Source of the DNA: Eledone cirrhosa
Lineage: Eukaryota
Length of the DNA stretch: 64,000 nt
NCBI GenBank assembly: GCA_964016885.1
Contig: OZ024742.1
Span: 236,282,001 to 236,346,000 of the forward strand
Reading direction: 5' to 3'
Each line of letters starts with the position of its first letter. Positions within the stretch are counted from its first letter, which is position 1. Shown here in pieces: positions 1 to 13,357 of this stretch. The position numbers were made by a program, and so were the translations under genes. The notes beneath the pieces are model-generated. The model saw only the letters and a program-made list of their open reading frames with translations, had not been told where the DNA came from and searched no databases.

Positions 1-403
1 TTGAATTCAGAGAGCTCAGAGAGCTGGAACAATTAGCGCAAAAATTATATTCGACCTTCTAACAACTCTGCCAATCCACCGCCATGCAATATTATGCGAA
101 TTCATTAAAATTAACAAATAAGTAACAACTAAAAAGCAAATTTTACCAAAAATAATTCCATAAACTCTTTCGACACCAAACCACCTAAAACCATTCCTGG
201 TTCTTCTATAAAAAGCTGTTGATCTTAAAATGTTCATATTTATCTAAAAACCTTCCATCATAATTTTATGTAAGAATATTTGTTAAGTTATATTCCAAAC
301 ACCAACTTAATGAGAATGTTATTTATATTACCACATCCCCACAGATTCTTGATTATTTTCAAACTTAATTAAAGATATGTTTTTGAAACAGCGAGCGAGT
401 TTG

Positions 404-655
404 AAATTAGAAATAGAAGCTTTCGCCGTATTTTTTAACTAAAGACATTTTTTAGCATGATAGTGGAGTTTAGAACCCTCTAAGAAATGGAAAAATATTA
501 GTAATGATGTACATTGTACGTCATGACTTTTCCATTGAGCACAATGTTCGTCAATACTCATCTTTTTCCATTTCTTAAAGGGTTCTAAACCCCACTATCA
601 GGCTAAAAAAATTATTTAGTAAAAAAAATACGGTGAAAGCTTCTATTTCTAATTT
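404..655. mobile_element. Fold-back/MITE-like element (~120-bp inverted arms)
   Basis: aaattagaaatagaagctttcgccgtatttttt... (404) is the reverse complement of ...aaaaaaatacggtgaaagcttctatttctaattt (655). The arms run almost to the centre. It lies between direct repeats 231-371 and 714-858. Confidence 0.75.
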
Positions 656-1044
656 AATTAAAAATCATAGACTTATGTCTTTCATTAAGCATATGCTAAT
701 AAATAAGTTAAAGTGTTTATATTTATCTAAAAAAATCTTCCGCCATATTTTATGTAAGAAATGTTGTTACGTTATGCTCCAAACACTAACTTAATAATGA
801 GAAAGCTGTTTATATTATCAAATCCTCACAAATTCTTGATTATGTTCAAATTTAATTAGACATCATAGGTAGTGTCTTTCATTAGAAATATGTTAATGAA
901 AGAGTTAATGAAACTTATCAACTTGCATCTTGCTTTGGAAACTCAAAGATTCTGAGATGGAACTGGCGATAGAGCGATTCTTAGTTGGTTTTCAAGATGA
1001 CTATCTATATGTCTATCATCATGTGGTTCTGGGTTATATATAAT

Positions 1045-1196
1045 TGTTTCTACTTTTTGGCACAAGGCCAGCAATTACCCAGTGTATTACTAGTACTTTA
1101 TTTTATCGACCCCGTAAGGATGAAAGGCAAAGTTAACCTCGGCGGGAGTTGAACTCGGATTGGAAAGGGCCGTAACTCTATGCGTCAAAGCATGGC
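1045..1196 (-). mobile_element. tRNA-derived SINE, short subfamily, 5'-truncated, 19-bp TSD
   Basis: Matches the window-wide consensus (B-box gagttcaa..cc; ctttgcctttcatccttacggggtcgataaaataaagtac). gttctgggttatatataat is duplicated at 1026-1044 and 1197-1215. Confidence 0.9.
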
Positions 1197-1844
1197 GTTC
1201 TGGGTTATATATAATGTTATGAAAGACTTCATATTAATAATTGGTAGAAAAGACGGCGAAGTTAGAACGTTGGATAGAATGCTTCGTGATTGTTATTCGT
1301 TATTCGTTATTCTCTGCAATTTGAGCTCAAATCTCGTCGGGACCAATTTTGGCTTTCATTCTTTTGAGATCGATAAACGAAGTACTAGTCCTGGGGTCCA
1401 TTCATCTCTCCCCATTTCTTTCTCTCTCTCACATTCTGTGGAAGAAATTGTCTGCGTTCAGGCACACTACAACTCAATCAAGATTTAAGATGGTAATATT
1501 TTATATTATTATATATGTTTATCTTCACTTAGTTTTTGGTTAAATTTAATGTTGAGAAAGACTTTTCCTATCAATAATTAATAAAAAAAAAATTGACACA
1601 ATTTTCAAAGCGCAATACCTCAAAAGTGAACATTCTTAGAGTAATAACAATTTAAGATCGAAATTAATTAAATTTATCTATTTTGGAATTTCAATATTTA
1701 CATATAATTCCAAAATAGATAAACTTTGTATCTTAAAATATTATCCGACTGTGATGATGAATCCTCCGTCGGTTTCAACGATGAATATTTAGTTATTCGA
1801 TGAATTGAACCGAATTGAAAGATCAGAGCTCCGATATTGCGAAT

Positions 1845-1995
1845 GTGTGGTTAGAATGTCTCAGGAAAGAATTGCTGGACAGATTTTACAGACAAAACCA
1901 ACCGGCAGGAACCCGAGCAAGCTCAGATAATCTCGTTTGGGGATCCAGCCAGATCAATAGAAACGGTTGCTTCTGAGAAGACCCGCAAGAAAAAA
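1845..1995 (+). mobile_element. RTE LINE 3' fragment
   Basis: Similar to 15210-15430 (agaatgtctcaggaaagaat...caaaaccaaccgg...ggggatccagccagatca). Confidence 0.65.
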
Positions 1996-2062
1996 TATTT
2001 GAGGACTCTACTCCAATGATCCTCACAGAAATAGGTGGGATAATATTGATAATAATAAAAAT

Positions 2063-2475
2063 AATTGTTTCTACTTTTGGCACAATGCCAGCAATTACCC
2101 AGTGCATTACTGGTACTTTAGTTTATCGACCCCGTAAGGATGAAAGGCAAAGTTAACCTCGATGGGATTTGAACTCAGACCTCCAAGAAAGAAGAAGAAG
2201 AAGAAGAAGAAGAAGAAGAAGAAGAAGAAGAAGAAGAAGAAGAAGAAGAAGAAGAAGGGCTTCTGCACAGTTCTCGTCTTCCATATCGTAGATAATAATT
2301 GTTTCTACTTTTTGGTACAAGGCCAGCAAATACCCAGTGCATTACTGGTATTTTATTTTATCGACACCGTAAGGATGAAAGGGAAAGTTAACCTCGGCGG
2401 AATTTGAACTCAGAATGGCAAGGGCCGTAACTCTATGCGTCAAAGCATGGCGTCCTACCCTCTACCGATATTGTC
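2063..2475 (-). mobile_element. Two SINE copies separated by a (GAA)n tract
   Basis: SINE consensus at 2063-2180 and 2297-2475; (GAA)n at 2186-2256. Confidence 0.88.
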
Positions 2476-3380
2476 TAATTGCCAGACATAACTTGTAGTA
2501 GAATCGATCCCGGGACCATGTGGATATGAAGCGAATTTCTTAAACCACACATCATTACAGAGTTTATTACTAATATAGTTAATTATGACAACTGATTAGC
2601 AGCATTATAGTAAATTAGATCAACTGATTAGCCTCGTAGATAATTAAAACGGGAAACAGGGTCCTTATCTTGTTTTGAATTGTATCCAATTTTAAGTAGT
2701 TTCTTTTTGCAGAGATCAAATTTTTCTGTTCCGGTCGTTGGTTTAGAAGAGGGTGGTTGGTTAGCAAGTAGAATATGATCAACCCGCCACCCCTTTTAGT
2801 TTTCGGCAGTGCCCTAGGCGGCGCCTGGCAATATAAGATAGGGGTGGGCTGGGGAAAGTAACACAAGGAATAATATCACATGACAAATTGATTTCAAGCT
2901 GCTTGAAGTTTCTTGTGGGGGTCGCCAAAATGATATTAGAGACCGTTTTATTTGTTTCTTCTGTCTTTAACGCCTTCACCTTCACTCTCACTCTCACCCT
3001 CACTATTACCCCCACCCTTGCCTTGCCCTAGTCCGTCTTGCGGCATCCCCCGCCGTTTATTACAAATTAAATAAAAGATAGAAGACTATGATACTTCCTC
3101 ACATGCAGAGTTCTAAGTCGATCATTTCAGCAAAACCCTAGGGACTGTTAACGATACATTGCATGCGTGCGTGCGTGTGCGTGTGCGTGTGCGAGTGTGT
3201 GTGTGTATGTGTGTGTGTGTGTGTGAGTGTGTGTGTGTGTGTGTGCGTATGTATATATGTATGTATGTACGTATGTATGGATGGATGGATGGATATTTAT
3301 GCATGCCTCTGTACGTGTTTATGGTGTTTATGGGTGTGCGTATGTATCTATGTGTGAGTTTGTTTATGTATGTGTGAGTG

Positions 3381-3412
<32 letters not shown>

Positions 3413-3769
3413 TGTATGTATGTATGTATGTATGTACGTATGTATGTATGTGAGTGTGTATGTATGTAAATGTGTGTGTGTGTGTATGTATGTTAAAGTA
3501 AAGTTTTTGTTGGTTTTTATCTGTAGTTTAACCAACGAATACTAACTAAGGAATGGTGCCCTGCGGGTGAGTCACTGGATGGTAGATTAGCAAGCTAGAA
3601 GTAGCAGTCAAATTTTCCCAAAATTAAAGCCAATTGTCTTAAACAATGAAGGATATATTAGATAATGTTACACTTGAAACAAAACTAAAAGAACAAAGAG
3701 AATAAGTCATGACTGGAATGTCTTTGATGATATACCTGCTCAGTTAACCTGCAGTAAAATAACAAATTG

Positions 3770-4900
3770 TCTTCTAATTTAGGAACAAGGCCAGTAATTT
3801 ATTGGAGGCGATGGAGATCGATTAAATCACCCCAAATACTTGACTACTACTTTATTTTATTGAAAGGATGAAAAACAAATCATTTGCTCTACACTTCCGA
3901 TGCTCCCAATCCAACACCCTTTGATCACAATATAATTGATTCTACTTTAGGCACAAGGCCAGCAATTACCCAGTGTATTACTGGTACTTTATTTTATCGA
4001 CCCCGTAAGGATGAAAGGAAAAGTAAACCTCGGCGTGATTTGAACTCAGACCGTAAAGGGACGTAACTATGCTGGAAAGCATGGTGTCCGACTCTCCACC
4101 GATACTGCCAATCCACCGCAGTTTCTGATTTAGATACAAGGCCAACAATTTTGAGTGAGGGGAAGTCGATTAAATCGACCCCAATGCATTACTTGTACTA
4201 TATTTTATCCACCCCGTAAGGATGAAAAGCAAAGCTAACCTCGGCAAAGTTTGAACTCAGAACATAAAGAGACGTAGAGAGACGTAATTATATGCCGCAA
4301 AACATGTTGTCCAACCCTCTACCGATACTGCCAATCCATCGCCCTTAATCACCCTACAATAATTGTTTCTACTTTTTGGCACAAGGCCAGCAATTATCCA
4401 GTACATTACTGGTACTTTATTTTATCGACCCCGTAAGGATGAAAGGCAAAGTTAACCCCCCCCCCTATAATAAAAATTTCTAGTATAGGTGCAAGGCCAG
4501 TAATTTGGGGCGAGGGGAAAGTCGATTAAATCAACCCCAGTACGTTATCGGTGTTTTATTTTATCGACCCCGTAAGGATGAAAGGCAAAGTTAACCTCGG
4601 CGGGATTTGAACCCAGACGGTAAAGGGCCGTAACTCTATGCTTCAAAGCATGGTTTCCGACTCTACCCATACTTTCAATCCAACGCCGTGACCACCCTAT
4701 GATAATGGTTTCTAATTTAGACACGAATTTGGTGTTAAGGGAAAGTTAACTATATCGAACCCAGTACTTAATTGGTAGTTTATCGACCCCGGAAAAATGA
4801 AAGAAAAAATTGAGCTCTGCGGTATTCAAACTCAGAGCACAGTGAGCCGAAACAAATATCGAGACAATCCAACATTTTAAACCATTCTGCCAGGTCACCA
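3770..4900 (-). mobile_element. Head-to-tail cluster of about 6 SINE copies (long and short subfamilies)
   Basis: cacaaggccag...tttattttatcgaccccgtaaggatgaaaggcaaag recurs at ~3775, 3933, 4122, 4360, 4475 and 4705, all in the same orientation. Confidence 0.88.
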
Positions 4901-5538
4901 TTAGGAAGCAAGGTAAATATAAAGGGCACATAACTCCTGGTGGGTTCGTAGAGATACCGTTCTGATGACATACGGCGTGTCTTAGTATTTTAAACCTGAC
5001 AGAACCTAACCCTCTCCACGTGGCAGCACAGTCAACGTCTTCCAGAGGAAAAAAGACAGTGAGATAGTAAGGGATAAAGAGAGGTACAGAGAGAAAAATA
5101 TTCGACTCCAGTACTGCACTTGTACTTTATTTATCGACCTGGAAAGGAAGGAAAGCAAAGTTGAAATCTGCCTGATTAGAACCGAAACAAATATTGAGCC
5201 ATTTAATCTGACGCGTTAACGTCTCTGCCAATTCGCAATGTAGTAGTAGAGGATCCCTGAAGGACTCGATTCTCGTTTTAATCCACCTAAGCCACAAACG
5301 TCGTCAGGAAATGGATGAACGTCATATCTTCTATTTTCTTAAGGAAAATTCAAACCAATCATTTCTTATTTATTTTCTTATTCTACACATTATACCAGTC
5401 ATGCCTCCATTATATTTATCTTTCTCTTATTTTGAGTTCATTTACTTTATTTTATAACTACTCCTACCCCACTCTTGATTCTGACCTCTTAAATCCCTAT
5501 CAAAATAAACTAGTTACCCCTTTGATGGCCAGTTCTTT

Positions 5539-5601
<63 letters not shown>

Positions 5602-5725
5602 CCTCTCTCTCGATACACATACATGTATAATATATGTATATATATATATACATATATATGTTAGATATTTCCGTGGAAAGGTAAAAGAAAGAAGAGTGCT
5701 CTATGTATAGTACAGAGCTATTAAG

Positions 5726-5800
5726 GATTCCTTCTGATGAGCGATATCAGACGTTTCTGTTAGAATCGTCTAGCTTCGAGAAACCTTGAGTAATGGAGTA
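5726..5800 (+). ncRNA. Type I hammerhead ribozyme motif in a PLE-terminal-repeat-like module (5650-5995)
   Basis: attcctt-CTGATGA(5734)-stem II (agacg/cgtct)-GAAAC-cttga-GTA-atggagt. The distal part of the module (5815-5995) recurs at 59886-60060. Confidence 0.6.
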
Positions 5801-5988
5801 ATTATATTGGATTGTTTCACGAGAACTCTATCTCAAAATTATTTTTGAAAAGCATTAGAAATGAGCAACCGGTAAAAACTTAAAACTAAAACTGAATACT
5901 AACTAATACTTATTACTAATTTATACTTATTCCTAATTAAACTATGTTTCACTGGGAAAAATTTGTCAGCATTTTCTTTTCCCTTTTA

Positions 5989-6020
<32 letters not shown>

Positions 6021-7191
6021 CTAGCAGTTTAGCCCGGCGTTGCTCGGGTTTGTTCATTTGCTATGAAAAGTTACATACAGGTAAACGTGGCTTGAAAGCG
6101 AATAAGCTTATCAATTAAGTGCATAAAGCAGTTGAACCGGTTATTAAAAGTTACGAACAAATTAGCATTTTGGACAATCAATGATGGGTTAATAATCTTC
6201 CAATAGCGAATTTAGCAGACCAAAGTTGCAAGATGGTGGCCCTGATGCCCCTGGGTATCAAATCTGTCCGCCATGGGTGACCCTACCAGGAAATAGTTTT
6301 CCAGACGGCATAGCTCCAACCCCTCCAACACCTGCACCAACATCTATAGCACCTCTTTGTAGACGATATTGCGTGTCATCCATTGAGGAGTGTAAGCAAA
6401 AAGTCCATTCCTGCTCCATACACGGGAACAGGCAACATAAAGTTGGCCATGGGAGAAACATGGCTCCCCCAAATGGATGCCCACCACCGACAATGTTTGC
6501 CCTTGTGACATGTTAATAGACATGGCAAAACATGGTCTCACCGGGAATTGGGATCGCCGGAAATCGAACGGGATATCTGACGCCGAGGGGAAAAGGTTCA
6601 TCCTTGGCACTGTATTCGGCAGAATTGCCAGAAGTACAACACTATGGGTGTTGTCATATTAATATTTAACCAATGAATTAAATTATAGAGAGGGGTAATA
6701 ATCTATTACAGAGAGAGGGAAGAGCGATGGAGAGAGTAAAGCTAAGAAATTATAGGGAGGTGTGTATAACAGTGTTGTCATATAGAGAGTGAAGAGCGAC
6801 AGAGAGAGTAAAGCAGTTAAATTATAGAGAGGAGGGACGATCTATTATAGAGAGAGTGAAGAGCGACGGAGAGAGCGTTATGACTGTTTGTTGTTGTATA
6901 AAATGATGTGTTGCTTAGTTTTCAAAGTTTATGTCGCGTTCCTGAACGAAGTTTTGTCGCTGTTGAGAGAGTGAATAAGCGTGTAAGAGAGAGGGTTACA
7001 GCATGTATTTAGTTTTATCGATTTTTTTTTTCATAGAAGCAGGACATTTTTGGCAAAGTTTATTACGCGTGACCATCGTTGGTAAATTTGGAGCACATTG
7101 GGAAAAAAATGATCAAAATCGGTAGAGAAATGTGGAAATGCATAAAAATCATACACACAGACAGACATCTTCCGTTTTATATATATAGAGA
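6021..7191 (-). mobile_element. Non-autonomous Helitron with both termini
   Basis: Minus strand starts TCTCTATATATATAAAACGG and ends with hairpin cccgagcaacgccggg plus ctaaactgCTAG. It sits between A and T and carries an internal helicase remnant. Confidence 0.9.
6344..6610 (-). pseudogene. Helitron RepHel PIF1-like helicase C-terminal remnant
   Basis: RRSQFPVRPCFAMSINMSQGQTL..VGIHL..PCFSHGQLYVACSRV...TRNIVYKEVL corresponds to PIF1/Helitron motifs V-VI and the typical C-terminus. Confidence 0.92.
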
Positions 7192-7479
7192 TTATGCATA
7201 TATGTATATATTATGCATATATGCATGTATATATTGGCCTTATATGTTTGGTCAGTACATTCAGAATGTTTTGCTGATCAGTTCTAGAGTAACTCACGAC
7301 CAGATCGTTGGCATAGCTAAGATTTCATAGGATTTGATCTCCTATTTGCTAGCCGGTAGAAAAGTGCAGCTGTAACTATACAGAAAAGTAGTGCTGATAG
7401 TACACCCCCCTCCTTATCTCCCTTCAAGATGTCTATACACAGTGTAGCTCCCAGATCTGCTTTGATATATGCTGTTTGT

Positions 7480-8232
7480 TGGTGCAAGTTTATTTCAGTA
7501 GGTTAATGTATTTCTTGTTAATTGATGTTTTGTTTAAGAGTTTCCATAAGCTGGGTAGTTTCACACTGTCAAAAGCTTTTGTGAAGTCAATGAAGGTGAT
7601 GTGCACAGGGTTGTTGAATTCTATTGATTTCTCAATGAGTTGTTCAAGGATCTGCTCAATGGTGCCTCTTCCAGGTTGATATGCAGCATGTGTTTCAGGA
7701 AATGAGGCATAAAGATCTGACTTCACTCGTACTGCAATGATACTCATGGAAAACTTGTAAACATGACTCAATAGGCTGATAGGACGAAAGTTCCCACACT
7801 CAAGTCTGCTACCTTTTTTGTAGAGTTCAACTAGCAATGCTTTCTTGAACATGTCTGGGGTTTTTCCTGTGGTGATAATACAGTTAAAAAGATGAAGTTC
7901 TTTGATAAGTGGTTCACCTCCAGCTTCGATGAACTCTGAATATATGTTGTACTCAATGTTGTACAACTGCTCAAGTTTGTCTGATTTAACAAGTTTCTTG
8001 GATTCAGCCTTTACTATTCTATATTGGGTTGATATGTGGCCACATTCTCTTCTGATTCTATGTTTATCAGATATAGCTTTCTTTCTTTGTTGTGACATCC
8101 ACTGTGGTATGGAAAGGCATTCCTTATGTAAAATATCTTCAGATACCTCTTTTATGCCGCTGCAGATAGTATCATAAAGGTTGTCGGGGTATTCATCAGA
8201 TTGTAAAGCTGAAAAGCTGTCCCAGATCTCCA
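7480..8232 (-). pseudogene. RTE-clade LINE reverse transcriptase fragment
   Basis: LYKKGSRLECGNFRPISLLSHVYK...AYQPGRGTIEQI...EKSIEFNNPVHITFIDFTKAFDSV covers the early RT domains. The N-terminus of ORF 7490-8365 is the antisense strand of the neighbouring element. Confidence 0.9.
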
Positions 8233-8645
8233 GATGGTTAAAAACTGGGACGAGATGACGAACAGGGTGGCCACTCTCACCCAGAAATGTGCCGAGAGGA
8301 AGCTGTACTTGAAAGGTCGGGCAAAGGTGGGGAACGTGTACATCGCGTCCCTCATCTACTACCACCTGACCATTGTGCCTTGTCCTAAGCCTGACTGCAC
8401 GGGAGCTTTTGCTCTTACACTCCTCGTGGAAGGGGCACGTTCCGATAGTCTGGTTGCCAACACCCGATGCGTGGAGGATTGGGAATGATGATGCACTGAA
8501 GCTACGACATCTCTATCTTTTCCTTGTCGATCAACAGGTATGGTCGCCGTTCACTAGACACGTGTTTCCACAGCTTGTTTCCTTAACGGAGCTGCGGTAC
8601 TGGGCCAAGCGGAGACCGAGAGGGAGTGCTTGCAAATTGAATGTC
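8233..8645 (+). pseudogene. L1/Tx1-clade LINE ORF2 post-RT fragment
   Basis: NWDEMTNRVATLTQKCAERKLYLKGRAKVGNVYIASLIYYHLTIVPCP resembles the W..R.LSL.GR...N....S...Y motif of Tx1/L1. Confidence 0.75.
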
Positions 8646-8739
8646 TTCAAGCGCCCACTGACCTTTTCACTTCCGCATATTTCATATCCTTATAGTTAAT
8701 TTAGCTGCCAATCAATGTTTACCATTGATTGACGAACAG

Positions 8740-8775
<36 letters not shown>

Positions 8776-9066
8776 AAATATACGGAAGCGAAAACCAACC
8801 CAAACCAAACAGTGAGTGTGTTTTATTATATATTTCTGGCAATATTATAACAATATGACCCTCCCCAAATATAACAATATTTGTTTGAACATACGATTTC
8901 ATATCAAAAATCTTGCAAAACAAATTCATATATGTATAATGGGTTATCGAAGCTGTAACTGCAGTATAGCAGATACCAATCGAATATATGTATATGTGAG
9001 TGTGTGTGTTTGTGTGTGTATGTGTGCGTATATGTATATATGTAGAGAGAGAGCGAGAGAGAGTGA

Positions 9067-9129
<63 letters not shown>

Positions 9130-10482
9130 CTCGGACCACACAAGAAAAATGTCTGTCGACACATTAGTGGAATGACCTGTAAATATCATCAATTAAAGAC
9201 TTAAAAGAAAACAGCCGAAGATTGAACTCCCAGCCAGTATTTCTGTGTTGCCATGACCACCCGACTGGCATTTCATTCCCAGGTATAAAGCTTTGGTTTA
9301 AATTAAGAAAAACAAACGATTAATTTGATGTAGTCTCATCTATACCCGGGTATCTGTTGCAGTAGATACCTAACATATTCTACCACTTGGTAGTTGCTGG
9401 TAGTGCTGCTGTTGTTAGTGGTGGTGATATTGTTGTTGATGGTGGTAGTGGTGATGGTGGTGGTGGTGGTGTAGTGCTATTGTTGTTGATGGTGGTAGTG
9501 GTGATGGTGGTGGTGGTGGTGTAGTGCTATTGTTGCTGATGGTGGAGATGCTGTTGTTGGTGCTATTGTTGGTCACGGTGTGGTGTTGGTGGTGCTGGCT
9601 GTTGATGTTATTAGTGCTGTTGTTTTTGTTGCTGTTTGTTGTTGTTGGTGGTGGTGGTGGGTGGTATTGTAAGCGGTAGTGATGCAGCTGTTGATATTGT
9701 TGTTGTTGGTGCTAGTTATTGTCAGTGGTAGTGTTGGTGTTATTGTTGGTCGTGCTGGTTTTGTTTTGGCTCTTGTTTTTTTAAACATTTCTTTTTACTC
9801 CTCTATGTATTCTTTCCTTCTTTCCTTCCTTCTTTCTTTCCTTCTTTCTTTCTTTCTTTCAGTCCCTCTTCTCCCACTATAATTATTATCACTGTCAATG
9901 AAGATTTGTTCACAAACTAATTCAAGATATTCATGGTAGTAGTGATGATGATGGTGTGGCAATGGTCGTGGTGTTATTGGTGTTGGTGCTGGCTGTGGTT
10001 ATGGTGGGAATGATGATGATGATAATTATGGTAGTGGTGGTGGTGATGATGCATTTAGTAATGATGATTATCGTAATAATGATGGTAGTGATGATAATTG
10101 TGATGATGATGATGATGATCTTCAGATTTAATTAATGTCCACCACACATTTGGATTCTGACGGGGAGGAAGAAAAGAACGTTGAACGGTAAATAATAATT
10201 AACAAAATTCACTCTCCCTTTCCCTTCCCTCGTCTGCGGAACTGTTGATGTTGATTCCTCAGTGGGTGGCGAAACCGATTCAAAACATCAAACATATTCA
10301 TAATGTATCAGAGGAAGAAATCATGAGATATCTAGGACTTTTATTACTCATCTCCACCATCACTATTTGGTGTTTTATGAGGCAGAAATATCAAACAAAT
10401 TTGCAAATACCAGTCATCAAACTGTTTGATCACATCAAACACTCAACTTGTGGTCTCTCTAAATTCTAAACTCTGTCTAGTG

Positions 10483-10735
10483 GGTATGATACCTGGGAAG
10501 AGAAACTGAGTACGTTCCAATGGTAGATAGAGATCCCAGATCCTAAAATGGTATCTATTCAATTATGGGCAGAATTCAATGCAATGACAACGAACAGAGA
10601 CCCTCTCTCTCTGGAAGGTATGATACACAGAGAGAGAAACTAAAAACACTCCCAATGGTAGAGGGAGAGACCAAATCCTAAAATGGGTATCAACGTTAAT
10701 CATAGACAGAACTCAATGTAATGATAACAAACGGG
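10483..10735 (+). repeat. Diverged tandem dimer (~135-bp unit)
   Basis: ggtatgatac...gagaaact...ccaatggtaga...atcctaaaatgg..tatc...cagaa.tcaatg.aatga.aac occurs at ~10483 and ~10617. Confidence 0.7.
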
Positions 10736-11399
10736 GATAAATGGAGGAAACGCGTTAATGACGCTTTGTACTCTGTTGTGGGCAGAAATAACGATTAAGT
10801 TATCCATTTCAAACCGATTCCTGTTGAGACCTTAAATGACATCAGTCTCCAATTGTTGAATCCCACTCAAACTACTTCACGTTAAAAAAAAATAACAAAC
10901 GCTTTGCTATTGACAGTCAGCGATATTTACCACATCAACCGTTCCACCTCACGTTGCTGGTCCTTTGGAGCCCGTCGACTTCGTTTGCCATAACATAGGA
11001 GACCCGGCTGGTAACCCTTTTCCCCTTCACAAATATGGGATGTCATCTGTGCCAATCTTATCAATCAGCCACAAATCCGGACAATGCCACTCGTAACGTA
11101 AAGGAATGGTAGATGACCAAATACTTGGCTTTGATAGACCGCTTCCTTTTTGTTGCCGTCAAGAACCCCAGTGCCCTCAGTTCTCGGCCTCTCATTTCCC
11201 TCCGCCAAATCGAGAGGAGTGCAATCCTCCTGAGGAAGCAGCCCCGTGAGGTGGAATGGCTTATGCATGGGTTTCACTGACTGTCCATCGCGGCAATGCT
11301 TCCTCCATCTTGTCCACAATACGCAACTGAGATATGCTGTCTAGCCTAAAGTGTAAAGTTTGCACTCACTATATTTCTATTCATTTCTAAGATACTTTC

Positions 11400-11620
11400 A
11401 CTTGTGCCAAAAGTAGAAACAATTATTGTACACTTCTTAAGGGCGGTGGATTGGCAGTATCGGTAGAGGGTCGGACGCCATGCTTTGCAACACAGAGTTA
11501 CGGCCCTTTACGGTTTGAGTTCGAATCTCGCCGAGGATAACTTTGCCTTTCATCCTTAGGGGGTCAATAAAATAAAGTACCAGTAACGCACTGGGATAAT
11601 TGCCAAAAATAGAAACAATG
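11400..11620 (+). mobile_element. SINE tail plus full SINE copy
   Basis: ggcggtggattggcagtatcggtagagggtcggacgcc (A-box head), gagttcgaatc (B box), aaaatagaaacaat tail. Confidence 0.85.
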
Positions 11621-11799
11621 ATTGTATACTTCTGTTCGCTATAAGAACAATTATTCTTTTGATAATTATATTCGCGAGAGGTATATCCAAATATATATAT
11701 TTTTGTTCGATTGAAGCATGGATTATATCATGAACCTTGGTCGGATTCAACGACAGTATTCTAGTTGTTTGATCAATAAAACAACATGTTCCTGAAATC

Positions 11800-12045
11800 A
11801 ACGTGTAGGTGGCTAAACGCTTACACTGATAAGAGAACCATTAACGTAATTTTCAAGAAGATTCAGCATGAAACAATGTGTGGTAAGGCTAAATTACAGG
11901 TTCAACTCATTTACCCCCAATTGAGTCGTCTGGAATAGTGAGAAATAAAATGTCTCAATTAAGGGCACAACGCGCCGCCTAGAATCGAAGTCACAACCCT
12001 ACAATCGTGAGTCAAACTCCTTAACCACGAAACCACGTACTTACA
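11800..12045 (-). mobile_element. Second, older tRNA-SINE family (relatives at ~31940-32070, 34105-34255, 61150-61320, 61790-62070)
   Basis: Shared blocks (ttgctc)aaggacacaacgc, gaatcgaa..cacaacc..acaatcgtga and cccttaacgtaatt. The minus strand reads as a tRNA-like head. Confidence 0.6.
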
Positions 12046-12389
12046 TATGATTATTATTGATTGGCTAATCATCAACTTAGTCTTATCAACTCACTCCCAA
12101 TGAAACGTCTCTCTTCGTGCTTCTGTCTCTATCTGCTTTACATTTTCTGCTTCATCCTCCCTTCCTCCCCTCCCCCCTACTTCCAACGCTGGTCATCAGA
12201 ATATTCACTACGACCACCCATCACTCCACCCACCCTCTTACCAATCCACCATTTCAACAGCTGCAGATTTAATTACCATAACCTCTTCACTGCCTCTCCC
12301 TACATGTACTACATGTATATCTTCTCTATCGCTTTCTGTATCTTTTTCTTTCTACTCACTTCTCTGCGTCTGTTACCAACACTATTCAT

Positions 12390-12504
<115 letters not shown>

Positions 12505-12582
12505 TCCCCCTCTCTCTCAACAGTATTTCTTTTGTCGTGTGGTATGTGTGTGTGGGGTATGTGGAGTTCCATGTATGTACCA

Positions 12583-12652
<70 letters not shown>

Positions 12653-12662
12653 CAAATATATA

Positions 12663-12706
12663 ACAAACCGAGCATTATAATAAATGTTCGGTAAATCCAT
12701 ACGTAC

Positions 12707-12737
<31 letters not shown>

Positions 12738-13289
12738 CATGTGTGTATATATATACATACTACTGTACGTCTGTATACATATATGTATGTACGTATACAT
12801 ACTTATATTTAAGTAACAACCGTACTAAGAGTGAGAAATGAAATTTCGTTTCATTCTTTTCCATTTATCGTTTTCGGTGAGCCCGGCCGACTAACTCACT
12901 CGATATGCAAATTAGGCTGCTCAGCCGTTAATATGCATAAGGAAAGTATATACTTTCAAAGGTTCAATCATCTGACAGGAAGGTATACGATGCTGACGAT
13001 AGCTAATAAGCTTGAAACTAGTTCATCGTTCTTTTGTCAGTGTTGAACAAACGGGCGACGATGGTTGCTGGACACTACGGCGTAATTCGGGATGTTTGTT
13101 TACAAACAAACCGAGCATTATAATAAATGTTCGGTAAATCCATACGTACATATATATATATATATATGTGCATGTATATATATACATACTACTGTACGTC
13201 TGTATACATATATGTATGTACGTATACATACTTATATTTAAGTAACAACCGTACTAAGAGTGAGAAATGAAATTTCGTTTCATTCTTTT

Positions 13290-13292
<3 letters not shown>
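12663..13292 (+). repeat. Near-identical ~200-bp direct repeats (12663-12864, 13106-13292) around a ~240-bp spacer
   Basis: acaaaccgagcattataataaatgttcggtaaatccatacgtac...ccgtactaagagtgagaaatgaaatttcgtttcattcttttcca appears twice. Confidence 0.9.

Positions 13293-13357
<65 letters not shown>

Noticed and set aside
9380-10120. GGT/GTT/GAT-rich stretch as a low-complexity exon
   Set aside because: It is a mosaic of degenerate trinucleotide repeats with no splice or homology evidence.
11441-11535. SINE heads as functional tRNA genes
   Set aside because: A and B boxes are present but there is no cloverleaf, and they continue into the SINE body.
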